64,000 nt of DNA from Verrucomicrobiota bacterium (lineage in GTDB: Bacteria; Verrucomicrobiota; Verrucomicrobiia; Limisphaerales; CANJSG01), in assembly GCA_038209745.1 (NCBI GenBank), contig JBBQXJ010000009.1, forward strand, positions 1 through 64,000. Reading direction: 5' to 3'. How positions within the stretch are numbered: the first letter of the stretch is position 1; the number at the start of each line of letters is the position of its first letter. The translations under genes and the position numbers were made by a program. The notes under the pieces were generated by a model. The model worked only from the letters and a program-made list of their open reading frames with translations. It did not search any database and had not been told where the DNA came from. Shown piece by piece: positions 36,888 through 47,223 of this stretch.

Positions 36888-38720
36888 ATGTCCGCCCGAA
36901 GTTTCTCGACCGACTCGCCGTTCGCCGCCCGTTCCCGCACTTCCTGGGAGGTCGTGCGGCGCGTGACCCGCTATATCCGCCCCTACAAGCGGTTTGCCTT
37001 TGGCACCATCGGCTGCGCGATCCTCTCGCTGGCCGCCTCCTTCGCCTTTCCCCTGCTCACCCAATACGTCATCAACGACGTCATCGGCCAGCAACGCGCC
37101 GACCTTCTGGCGCCGGCCATCATCGGAGTGATCGTGGCCTTCCTCGTCCGCGACGTGTTCAACGCGATCCGCATCCAGATCAACAACCACTTCGAGCAGC
37201 ACGTCATCTTCGACATGCGCCGCGAGATCTACGGCAGGCTCCAACGTCTGCCCGCCGGCTACTTCGACAACCACGCTTCGGGTGATCTGATGACGCGCGT
37301 CCTCGAGGACGTGAACGCCGTGGAGCGCCTCCTGATCGACGGCACGGAACAAGGAACCGTCGCGATCCTCGGAATCCTCGGCGTCACCGGCATCCTGCTT
37401 TGGCAGAATCCGATCCTTGCCGGCGTGGCCATGGTCCCCATCCCCTTCCTCGTCGCCGGCGCGCTCTGGTATACCCTCACCGCCCACAAGCGCTACCGCA
37501 TCCAGCGGCAATCCTCTTCCGCCATGAACGCCCTGCTGATGGACAATCTCCAGGGCGTGCGGGCGATCAAGTCCTTCGGTCGTGAAGCCCACGAGGACGG
37601 TCGTTTCGCCGAGAAGGCGGAGGGCCTTCGCCAAGGCACGCTCGTGGTGATGAAGGCGTGGTCGTTCTACTCGCCGTCGATGGCCTTCTGCACCGCGCTC
37701 GGTTCGGCGCTGGTCCTTTGGGTCGGCGGCCGGCAGGTCATCGACGGCACGATGAAGCTCGGCGATCTCGTCGGCTTCCTCTTCTTCCTCGCCCTGTTCT
37801 ACGAGCCGATCGGCCGTCTCCATGGCCTCAACCAGATGCTCCAATCCGCGCGCGCCGCCGGCGAACGCGTCTTCGACATCCTCGACGCGCCGATGGAACG
37901 CGAGCCCGTAGGCCGGGCTTCCAGCGCGGCAAGCCCAGGCGCCAAGTGGCAGTCGAAGGGCGAAGTGGCCTTCGACCACGTGGGCTTCCACTACACCGCC
38001 GGCCAACCCGTGCTGAAGGACATTTCCCTCCACGCCCAGCCCGGCGAAATGATCGCGCTCGTCGGCCCGACCGGCGCGGGCAAGACCACCCTGGCCGCCC
38101 TGCTGCCGGCGTTCTACGAAGCCACTTCGGGCGCGATCAAGGTCGATGGTCGCGACATCCGGACGCTCTCGCTGGATGAACTCCGCGCCCAGATCAGCGT
38201 CGTTTCCCAGGAGCCGTTCCTCTTCAACGGCACCATCCGCGAGAACATCCTCTACGGCCGTCTCGACGCCTCCGAGGCCGACATGGTCTCCTCCGCCAAG
38301 GCCGCCAACTGCCACGAATTCATCAGCCGCCTGCCTGAGGGCTATGACGCCAAGGTGGGTGAACGCGGCGTGAAGCTCAGCGGCGGCGAGAAGCAACGCG
38401 TCGCCATCGCCCGTGCCCTCCTGAAGGACGCTCCGATCCTGGTGCTCGACGAAGCCACCGCCAGCGTGGACACCCAGACCGAGAAGCTGATCCAGGAAGC
38501 GCTCGAACACCTCATGGCCGGCCGCACCAGCTTCGTCATCGCCCATCGCCTGAGCACCATCCAGCACGCCGACCAGATCCTCGTGCTCAAGCACGGCCAG
38601 ATCGTCGAACGTGGAAACCACGAATCGCTCCTCGCCCAGTCCGGAGTCTACGCCACGCTCTGCCGGATCCAATCGGCCCGGATGGAGGCGGAGACCTTGG
38701 AACAGACGTATCGGGAGTAA
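36888..38720 (+). CDS. ABC exporter, fused permease/ATP-binding
   Basis: TM domain; GPTGAGKT, LSGGEKQR, LVLDEATAS, IAHRLST. Confidence 0.95.
   Translation: MSARSFSTDSPFAARSRTSWEVVRRVTRYIRPYKRFAFGTIGCAILSLAASFAFPLLTQYVINDVIGQQRADLLAPAIIGVIVAFLVRDVFNAIRIQINNHFEQHVIFDMRREIYGRLQRLPAGYFDNHASGDLMTRVLEDVNAVERLLIDGTEQGTVAILGILGVTGILLWQNPILAGVAMVPIPFLVAGALWYTLTAHKRYRIQRQSSSAMNALLMDNLQGVRAIKSFGREAHEDGRFAEKAEGLRQGTLVVMKAWSFYSPSMAFCTALGSALVLWVGGRQVIDGTMKLGDLVGFLFFLALFYEPIGRLHGLNQMLQSARAAGERVFDILDAPMEREPVGRASSAASPGAKWQSKGEVAFDHVGFHYTAGQPVLKDISLHAQPGEMIALVGPTGAGKTTLAALLPAFYEATSGAIKVDGRDIRTLSLDELRAQISVVSQEPFLFNGTIRENILYGRLDASEADMVSSAKAANCHEFISRLPEGYDAKVGERGVKLSGGEKQRVAIARALLKDAPILVLDEATASVDTQTEKLIQEALEHLMAGRTSFVIAHRLSTIQHADQILVLKHGQIVERGNHESLLAQSGVYATLCRIQSARMEAETLEQTYRE
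37907..37933 (+). repeat. Single REP-like arm in the ABC exporter linker
   Basis: CGTAGGCCGGGCTTCCAGCGCGGCAAG, similar to the arms in bioF and bioA. Confidence 0.65.
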
Positions 38721-38727
38721 CCTGCGA

Positions 38728-38850
38728 AAAGTGCGAAGCCCAAAGGCCAAAGGCCGAAAGTCCCACCAACAAAAATGCCGACCCGGACTCCGTCTCCGGG
38801 ATTCTAGCTTTGGTTTTGCGCCGGGCTTTGGCCTCCGCGCTCCGGACTTT
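38728..38850. repeat. 7-bp periodic inverted repeat between convergent genes
   Basis: AAAGTGC GAAGCCC AAAGGCC AAAGGCC GAAAGTCC ... TAGCTTT..GGGCTTT GGCCTCC GCGCTCC GGACTTT. Confidence 0.6.
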
Positions 38851-39140
38851 CAGGCGCTTCTCAGTGGCACCGGCACCATCGCCAGGCTGCCCCGGCTTCC
38901 GTCCTTGAACCGCAACCGCCCCGCCTCCGTGTCGCCTTTGAGACGGCCATCCACCTCGAAGGAATAGAACACCCAGCCTGGTTGAAGCACGAGCCGGGCG
39001 ATCCACCGCCCCTTCTCCAACCGCATCGGCAAACGGCGAAGCTGTTCCTGGCCCAATCCCAGCACGAGATTGACCTTCCGAGCCGTGGCCCGGACCAGCT
39101 CGAACACCATTTCGCCGGTGGAACGATCAACATAATTCAT
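38850..39140 (-). CDS. Small E-set / glycogen-binding-like (CBM48-like) protein
   Basis: 96 aa; ARKVNLV...PMRLEKGRWIARLVLQPGWVFYSFEVDG beta-sandwich pattern. Confidence 0.55.
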   Translation of the reverse strand: MNYVDRSTGEMVFELVRATARKVNLVLGLGQEQLRRLPMRLEKGRWIARLVLQPGWVFYSFEVDGRLKGDTEAGRLRFKDGSRGSLAMVPVPLRSA

Positions 39141-39459
39141 GCTGGCTACCCTACCCGAGGATTGGTCACCGCGCCTTCGGCGGCTTGCGGAAGATTGGCG
39201 CTGGCTTGCGACGGAAAGAAAAATAGGGGGGAGCCCTGGTCGGAGACCGCAGAGCGGTTCCGGTGGATTTCTCCCCCCAGAATTGCGACGGACAGAGTTC
39301 CTCTAGCGGCTCCCGTGCCATTCCGATCCATGGGAAATGAGCCGACGTATCCGGCTGATGCCTCATGGCCAAGCCGGGACGAGGCAGGTGGAACGACGCT
39401 GAATTCCCGCTAGGCCGACTTTCTCATGGAGTTGGGCGTGGTTCCCCATGCTGCCCGAG

Positions 39460-41253
<1,794 letters not shown>

Positions 41254-41413
41254 TCGACGGAAGGTAAGATGCGACAGCGGGGCGGCGCGACAAACAGAAA
41301 ATCGGCAAGCCAGCGATACCGGAGAACCGGTTCTAACGGGCAGATCCCTCGAATGGCCAGAGGACCTCCCCTTGATTGCAAAATGGCGGCACGCCTGCGT
41401 CCGCCGCGACGGA

Positions 41414-42802
41414 TCATTTCGCGGGAGCCGGCATCGCCTCGGCCGGCGCCGGATTCGTCGGTTGCTCCATCTTCACCTCGGTCTTCATCAGGGACCGCAG
41501 CAAGGGCATCCGATTGATGTCGAAGAAGGTGACGTAGAGCATGAACGAAATCAGCAGCAGCGCGCAGGCGGAGGTGGCCCATTCCACGAACTTCGGACTG
41601 ACGGGCTTGCCGCGGATCAGCTCATAGATCGACATGGTGATGTGGCCGCCATCGAGCACAGGAATCGGCAACATGTTCAACACCGCGAGGTTGATGTTCA
41701 GCAGCACGAGAAAGCTCAGTCCGAGGCGGAAGTCCATGCTGACCTGGCTGGCCAAGCCGCCGATGATTCCGACCGGGCCGCTGAGGTCCTTGGCCTTGAT
41801 GCCGGTCTGTTTGGAGTGGACCAACGCATTGATCGTGTTGACCATCTGGTCCCAGACGTTCGCCATCTGCACCCACGGCAACGGGCCCGGGCGCTCATCC
41901 ACCATTTCCACCGTCCGGCTGGCTTCCACCTGGATCTGACCGATGCCTCCGCCGTCCTTGCCCAACGGAGTGACCTTGGTTTCCTGCAGGGATCCGTCGC
42001 GGCGGAACTTTACGAGGCACTCCTGGCCGGCGCTCTTCCGCACCAGGCCGACCATCTGTTCCCAAGTCGCAACCGGCACGCCGGCGAACTGGACCACTTC
42101 GTCGTCCTTCTTCAATCCGGCCTTGTCGGCGGGCCCGTCGGCGATGATCCGGCCGAGCTTGGGATGCATGACCGGATTGAGGCGCAAGAGTTTGCCCGCA
42201 ATGGGGCTCGGCTCGGTCTCAAGCTGATAGAGGTTCGTGACCCCGTCGCGTTCGATGGCGACGGGCAGGACATTGGTCAGCGCGAGGATGGAATGCATCA
42301 CCACGTCGGTCCAGGTCTTCACCGGCTTGCCGTCCACGGAGACGATCCGGTCGCCCTGTTTGATGCCGAGCTTGGCCTCGACCGATCCGGGTTCCATGAA
42401 GCCGACCAAGGGCGGATTCTTGGGCGTCGGGATGCCGGTGAAATAGAGGACCGTCGCGATGGCGAAGGCGAAGAGCACGTTCATCACGGGCCCCGCGACG
42501 GCCACGAGGATCTTGGAAAACGGCGAGGCCGGCGGCAGTTCGTCCTCGGTTTTCCCTTCCAGCGCCTCGGACGTGACCATCTGGGGCAGCTTGACGAAGC
42601 CCCCCGCCGGGATGGCCCGCACGGACCACAGCACCCCGTTCCGGGCCTTCCACGAGAAGAGTTTTGGACCGAACCCGATGGCGAATTCCTCCACCTTCAT
42701 TCCCCGCTTGAGGGCGACCCAGTAGTGGCCGAGTTCGTGCAGGAAGATGGCCGCGCCGAAGAGCAATAGGACCACCAGCGCGATGTAGACGTTGTTCAGC
42801 AT
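41414..42802 (-). CDS. rseP: RIP metalloprotease RseP (two PDZ domains)
   Basis: HELGH, FAIGFGP, AGPVMN, GPVGI, NMLPIPVLDGGH. Confidence 0.95.
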   Translation of the reverse strand: MLNNVYIALVVLLLFGAAIFLHELGHYWVALKRGMKVEEFAIGFGPKLFSWKARNGVLWSVRAIPAGGFVKLPQMVTSEALEGKTEDELPPASPFSKILVAVAGPVMNVLFAFAIATVLYFTGIPTPKNPPLVGFMEPGSVEAKLGIKQGDRIVSVDGKPVKTWTDVVMHSILALTNVLPVAIERDGVTNLYQLETEPSPIAGKLLRLNPVMHPKLGRIIADGPADKAGLKKDDEVVQFAGVPVATWEQMVGLVRKSAGQECLVKFRRDGSLQETKVTPLGKDGGGIGQIQVEASRTVEMVDERPGPLPWVQMANVWDQMVNTINALVHSKQTGIKAKDLSGPVGIIGGLASQVSMDFRLGLSFLVLLNINLAVLNMLPIPVLDGGHITMSIYELIRGKPVSPKFVEWATSACALLLISFMLYVTFFDINRMPLLRSLMKTEVKMEQPTNPAPAEAMPAPAK

Positions 42803-42954
42803 GGTTTCGACGGGCTGTAAAAGATGGCGGAACGTATCGGCTCAATCCGGCGGTGGCAATCCGCCCGCTCGAACCTCGGCCGGTATTTGATCCCTCCGAT
42901 GGACCTCAAAAACATTCGTAACACAGGCCCGCTCATCCGAGAAATTACGAAGGA

Positions 42955-44103
42955 TTACAAATTCGTCCCCGCACCGCGGGCCCAACGGTCCGCCGCGAGA
43001 ATGTCGTCCAACGTCGGCTGCGCGACCACTTCATGACGATCCATCACGGCCGACACGGCCGCGGTGATCTGCGGGAAGCCAATCTTGCGGTTCAGGAAGA
43101 GGTCCACCGCCACTTCGTTGGCCGCATTGAAGACGGCGGGCAGCGTTCCACCCACTTCACCGGCCCGGCGCGCGAGGTTGATCGCCGGGAAACGGTCGGT
43201 GTCCGGTTCCTCGAAAGTCAGGGTGCCGATGCCGGCGAAGTTCGTCTGGACGCGGTCGCTGCCCGACCGGCCCGGATAGGTCAGCGCGTATTGGATCGGC
43301 AGGCACATGTCGGGCGTGGACATCTGCGCGAGGATGGAGCCGTCCACGAATTCGACCATCGAGTGGACGATGCTCTGGGGATGGACCACGACCTTCACCC
43401 GCGCCATCTCGACGTCGAAGAGCCAGCGCGCCTCGATCATCTCCAGCCCTTTGTTGAAGAGCGTGGCGCTGTCGATCGTGATCTTGCGGCCCATGACCCA
43501 GCTCGGGTGTTTCAGCGCCTTTTCGACCGTGATCCCGGCGAAGGTCTCCTTCGGCCAGAGCGTCTTGTCGCGGAACGGCCCACCCGAGGCGGTCAGCCAG
43601 AGATTGCGGACGCTGGAGGACGGCTTGCCGTCGAGGCACTGGAAGATGGCGGAATGTTCGCTGTCGACGGCCAGCACCTTCACCCCGTGCTTGCGGGCCT
43701 CGCCCATGACGATCTCGCCGGCCATGACGAGGATCTCCTTCGATGCGACCGCGATGTCCTTGCCGGCGCGGATCGCGGCCAAAGCGGGCTGGAGCCCGGC
43801 GGTGCCGACAATGGCGATGAGGACGACGTCGGCCTCGGGCAAGGTGGCGAGCTTCAACAGGCCTTCGTCGCCGCAGTGGACTTCGGCGCTGCCGCCGAGC
43901 GCGGCCTTCACGCCGGCGACCTTGGCGGGGTCGTTGATCGAGACCTGGGCGACGCCGAACTTCTTGGCCTGTTCGACGAGCAGGCCGGCGTTGCCGCCGG
44001 CGGCGAGACCGACGAGGCGGACTTCACCCGGCAGATCTTCGACGACCTTGGTGGTGCTGGTGCCGATGGAACCGGTGGAGCCTAGGAGGACGACATTCTT
44101 CAT
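42955..44103 (-). CDS. dxr: 1-deoxy-D-xylulose-5-phosphate reductoisomerase
   Basis: LGSTGSIG, VDSEHSAIFQ, LTASGGPFR, HPSWVMGRKITIDSAT, HPQSIVHS, NAANEVAV. Confidence 0.97.
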   Translation of the reverse strand: MKNVVLLGSTGSIGTSTTKVVEDLPGEVRLVGLAAGGNAGLLVEQAKKFGVAQVSINDPAKVAGVKAALGGSAEVHCGDEGLLKLATLPEADVVLIAIVGTAGLQPALAAIRAGKDIAVASKEILVMAGEIVMGEARKHGVKVLAVDSEHSAIFQCLDGKPSSSVRNLWLTASGGPFRDKTLWPKETFAGITVEKALKHPSWVMGRKITIDSATLFNKGLEMIEARWLFDVEMARVKVVVHPQSIVHSMVEFVDGSILAQMSTPDMCLPIQYALTYPGRSGSDRVQTNFAGIGTLTFEEPDTDRFPAINLARRAGEVGGTLPAVFNAANEVAVDLFLNRKIGFPQITAAVSAVMDRHEVVAQPTLDDILAADRWARGAGTNL

Positions 44104-44117
44104 TCGGAATGGCTGCT

Positions 44118-45047
44118 TCAGTGCGTCAACACGTGGCGCAGGTAGAGATACATGAGGGGAGCGTTGAAAAGCAGGCTGTCGAGCAGGTCGAGGATGCCGT
44201 CGATGCCCGGGAAGAGCTTGCCGGAATCCTTCAGGCCGGCTTCACGCTTGAAGAGCGATTCGATCAGGTCGCCGATGACGGCGGAAACGCTGAGGACCAC
44301 GCCAAGGATCAACGCATGGATCCAGGTCATTCCGTAGAGCCTGGGTCCGGCCAAGTAGGCGAAAATCAGGCTGGTGGCCGTCGAGACGACGATCGCGCCG
44401 CCGAAGCCTTCCCACGTTTTGCCCGGGCTGATGCGCGGGATCATCTTGTGTTTGCCGATGAGCGACCCGACGCAATACGCGCCCATGTCGCTGAACTTCG
44501 TCACCAGGATGAAGTAGAGAATATAGTAGCTCCCCTGCACTCCCGGGACCGGGAAGAACTGGATCTTCTGGATGAAGTTCAGCAACCACGGGACATACAT
44601 CAGACCGAAGAGCGTCGTGGACACCGCGAGGATGCCGTCGGAGTTCGCCTTGGCCACGAACTGCCGGATACAGAGGCCCAGCACAAAGATGATGAGGATC
44701 ACGGCTTCGAAGTCGCCGGCGCGGCTGGGTCCGTCGATTTTCTGGAAAAGCCCGGAAGAGCGGAAGAACGTCGCCAGCATGAGCAACACTCCCGCCGCGA
44801 TGCCCCAGCTCTTGAAGCAGACCAACCCTCGTTTCTCCACCATCCCGTAGAACTCGACCAGCCCGGTGACGGCCAGAAAGATCATGAAGGCCACGAAAAC
44901 CCATCCGGAAACGAACGGATTGCCCGAGAAGAGCGCCGTCAGCACCACCGTCCACAGGATCAGCGAGCTGGTGAGTCGGCGCGCGAAAACCTTCGCCTTG
45001 GACGGAGCAGGCGCGGCGGCGGGCGGGATTGCGGGCTGAGCGGACAC
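44118..45047 (-). CDS. cdsA: Phosphatidate cytidylyltransferase
   Basis: SDMGAY, ISPGKTWEG, GDLIESLFKREAGLKDSG, GILDLLDSL. Confidence 0.95.
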   Translation of the reverse strand: MSAQPAIPPAAAPAPSKAKVFARRLTSSLILWTVVLTALFSGNPFVSGWVFVAFMIFLAVTGLVEFYGMVEKRGLVCFKSWGIAAGVLLMLATFFRSSGLFQKIDGPSRAGDFEAVILIIFVLGLCIRQFVAKANSDGILAVSTTLFGLMYVPWLLNFIQKIQFFPVPGVQGSYYILYFILVTKFSDMGAYCVGSLIGKHKMIPRISPGKTWEGFGGAIVVSTATSLIFAYLAGPRLYGMTWIHALILGVVLSVSAVIGDLIESLFKREAGLKDSGKLFPGIDGILDLLDSLLFNAPLMYLYLRHVLTH

Positions 45048-45099
45048 GCGGGGCTTTTATGAAACGGTCCGCGCCAGGTCGAGGCTGGAAAACGAGCGG

Positions 45100-46083
45100 C
45101 TACCGCCAATCGTCCAGCGCGAAGATCCCGGGCCGGGAATAACCCGGTCTGCCGTCCTTGTGCATCGCAAGCCCCTGGACCTGGGTACGGAAGCCCTTGG
45201 CGAGCATCTGGCGATAGGCTTCTTCGCGGCCCGTGTTGATGCCGGCCTCGACAACCTTGAGCCCGTGTTGGACGGCGAGGGCATCACAGGCGTCGAGCAG
45301 TTGTTCGAAGATCCACCAGGCGCGCGGTCCCGGTTGGACGGCGGCGAATTTCACATAGCACGCCTCGGGCCCGCCCTCGCTGCCGGTGCCAAAGTGGCAG
45401 ACCGCCACCGCGTCCGCTCCCGCCGCGCCATGGAGCACGATCGTTTCCCCGAGCTTCTGCTTGTAGACGGAAACGATCTCCTCACCCACGTCCATGCCTT
45501 CGAAGACCCGCTCGGTCAGCGCCCGACAGGACAGGAGCGCGTCTGCCTGGGTCTCGGCATCCATCTTCGAAAAGACGGAGTGCTCCGGAAGCCGGGTCTC
45601 ACCGCGCGGCACCCGGGTCATGATCGCCGTCAGAAACCGCGGCCAGAATCCAAACCTTTGGTAGAGACCGACGTGCTTGGTGCTCCCAGGAAAGGTGAAC
45701 AGACCCAGAAAGGGGCACTTCCAGCGGGCGAAATCGTCCATCGCCGCTTCCATCAACCGACGCCCGACCCCTTGGTCCCAGCATTGGGGATGCACCGTCA
45801 ACGGACCCAAAAAGCCAATGCTGCCCCAGCGATTGGCCACGCCGGAACCGACGATGCGGCCACCCGTCTCGGCCACGGTGAATCCATCCGGATTCCAACG
45901 CCAACGCGGGCCGATAAGGTCGCGACCCGCCGCGAACCGAAGCGGCTCGGGCAATCCAAGGTAGGTGCCGAAGGCGAGCCGGAAGACCTGATCGACGTCG
46001 GGAAGATCGGCTTCGACCAATGGCCGGGACGAAACAACCAGCCGGTCCGGCGACGATGTTGCAACGGCGATTGGGGCGGGCAT
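45100..46083 (-). CDS. GNAT-family N-acetyltransferase
   Basis: LGPLTVHPQCWDQGVGRRLM acetyl-CoA motif, GLYQRFGF. Confidence 0.85.
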   Translation of the reverse strand: MPAPIAVATSSPDRLVVSSRPLVEADLPDVDQVFRLAFGTYLGLPEPLRFAAGRDLIGPRWRWNPDGFTVAETGGRIVGSGVANRWGSIGFLGPLTVHPQCWDQGVGRRLMEAAMDDFARWKCPFLGLFTFPGSTKHVGLYQRFGFWPRFLTAIMTRVPRGETRLPEHSVFSKMDAETQADALLSCRALTERVFEGMDVGEEIVSVYKQKLGETIVLHGAAGADAVAVCHFGTGSEGGPEACYVKFAAVQPGPRAWWIFEQLLDACDALAVQHGLKVVEAGINTGREEAYRQMLAKGFRTQVQGLAMHKDGRPGYSRPGIFALDDWR

Positions 46084-46137
46084 GGCTGGACTCCCGGTTC
46101 GAGGTGCCTTTAAGCGGGGATTGGACCACCCAGACGG

Positions 46138-46683
46138 CTATTCCAGGCCAAGAACACGCCGACCCTGCTCGGTGATCATCGACTGGTGCCAGGCCGGTTC
46201 CCAGACGATCTCGACGCTGGCTTCCTCGACGTTGGGCAGGGTCAGGATCTTCTGCTGCGCGTCGCCGGCGATGGTCGCTCCCATGCCGCAACCGGGCGCG
46301 GTGAGCGTCATCTTCACGAAGACCTTGCTGCCACCGGCGGCGCCGGGCTCGAGGACCAGGTCGTAGACCAGCCCGAGGTCGACGATGTTGACCGGGATTT
46401 CGGGGTCGTAGCAGGATTTGAGCGCTTCCCAGACGGCCTTTTCATCGGCCGGCCCGTCATAGTTGGCCGGGTTCACGGTGGATTCCTCCAGCGTAAGCCC
46501 CAGCGCGTCCGCGTCCTTGCCGGAGATCCGGAAAAGGCCATGCGGCGCATGGACGGTGTAGGTGCCGCCCAGCGTCTGGGTGATGTCCACCGGGGTGCCC
46601 TTGGGCAGGATCATCGTGGCGCCCACGGGGATCTGGACCCCCTCGCAATCGCGGGTCAATTCGACGGAAGTGATCTGTTGCAT
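46138..46683 (-). CDS. sufT: Fe-S cluster assembly protein SufT (DUF59)
   Basis: ITQTLGGTYTV, CYDPEIPVNIVDLGLVY, MTLTAPGCGMG, VWEPAW. Confidence 0.9.
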   Translation of the reverse strand: MQQITSVELTRDCEGVQIPVGATMILPKGTPVDITQTLGGTYTVHAPHGLFRISGKDADALGLTLEESTVNPANYDGPADEKAVWEALKSCYDPEIPVNIVDLGLVYDLVLEPGAAGGSKVFVKMTLTAPGCGMGATIAGDAQQKILTLPNVEEASVEIVWEPAWHQSMITEQGRRVLGLE

Positions 46684-46808
46684 AGTCTTCGGGGCCGAAC
46701 CTAACGGCGGCCGGGCGGAAGGCAAAAGCGGAATTCAAAAACGACGCACGAAGGCCACCAGCGGAACCTCGATGGAGACACGACCGCAACGCCCGGCTTC
46801 GCCCTCCC

Positions 46809-47132
46809 TCAGTATCTGGGCGTGGTCGGATCGGCCTCCAGCGACCACCGATCGATCCCGCCGGTGAGATTGAGCAGCTTGGCGAAACCCATCTGCCGCA
46901 GCAGCCCGATGGCATGCAGGCTCCGCACGCCATGGTGGCAATAGACGACCACTTCCGCGTCTTTCCACGCCTCGATCTCGGCGGCCCGATCCATCAATTC
47001 TCCCAGGGGAATCAAAGTGGATCCAGGCAGGGCGGCCAGGGCGTGTTCGTCCGGTTCCCTGACATCCAACAGGTGCGGCGGCGCCGAAATTTTGAGTCGT
47101 TCGGCCAATTGGGTCGGGGTCAGGCTGCTCAT
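46809..47132 (-). CDS. Rhodanese-like sulfurtransferase
   Basis: Start MSSLTP; LLDVREPDE, VYCHHGVRS, NLTGGIDRWS. Confidence 0.9.
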   Translation of the reverse strand: MSSLTPTQLAERLKISAPPHLLDVREPDEHALAALPGSTLIPLGELMDRAAEIEAWKDAEVVVYCHHGVRSLHAIGLLRQMGFAKLLNLTGGIDRWSLEADPTTPRY

Positions 47133-47223
47133 CGCGGAAGGGTGCCGCCAGAGCGGCCCCCGGGCAATGCATCGATGCTCGGCGCCCCCGAAACCCAAGT
47201 CCGGTGGACAGGGCGAACCAACG

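Noticed and set aside
42915..42951. TTCGTAA/TTACGAA inverted repeat between dxr and rseP
   Set aside because: Weak AT-rich stem with a 23-nt loop; function cannot be supported
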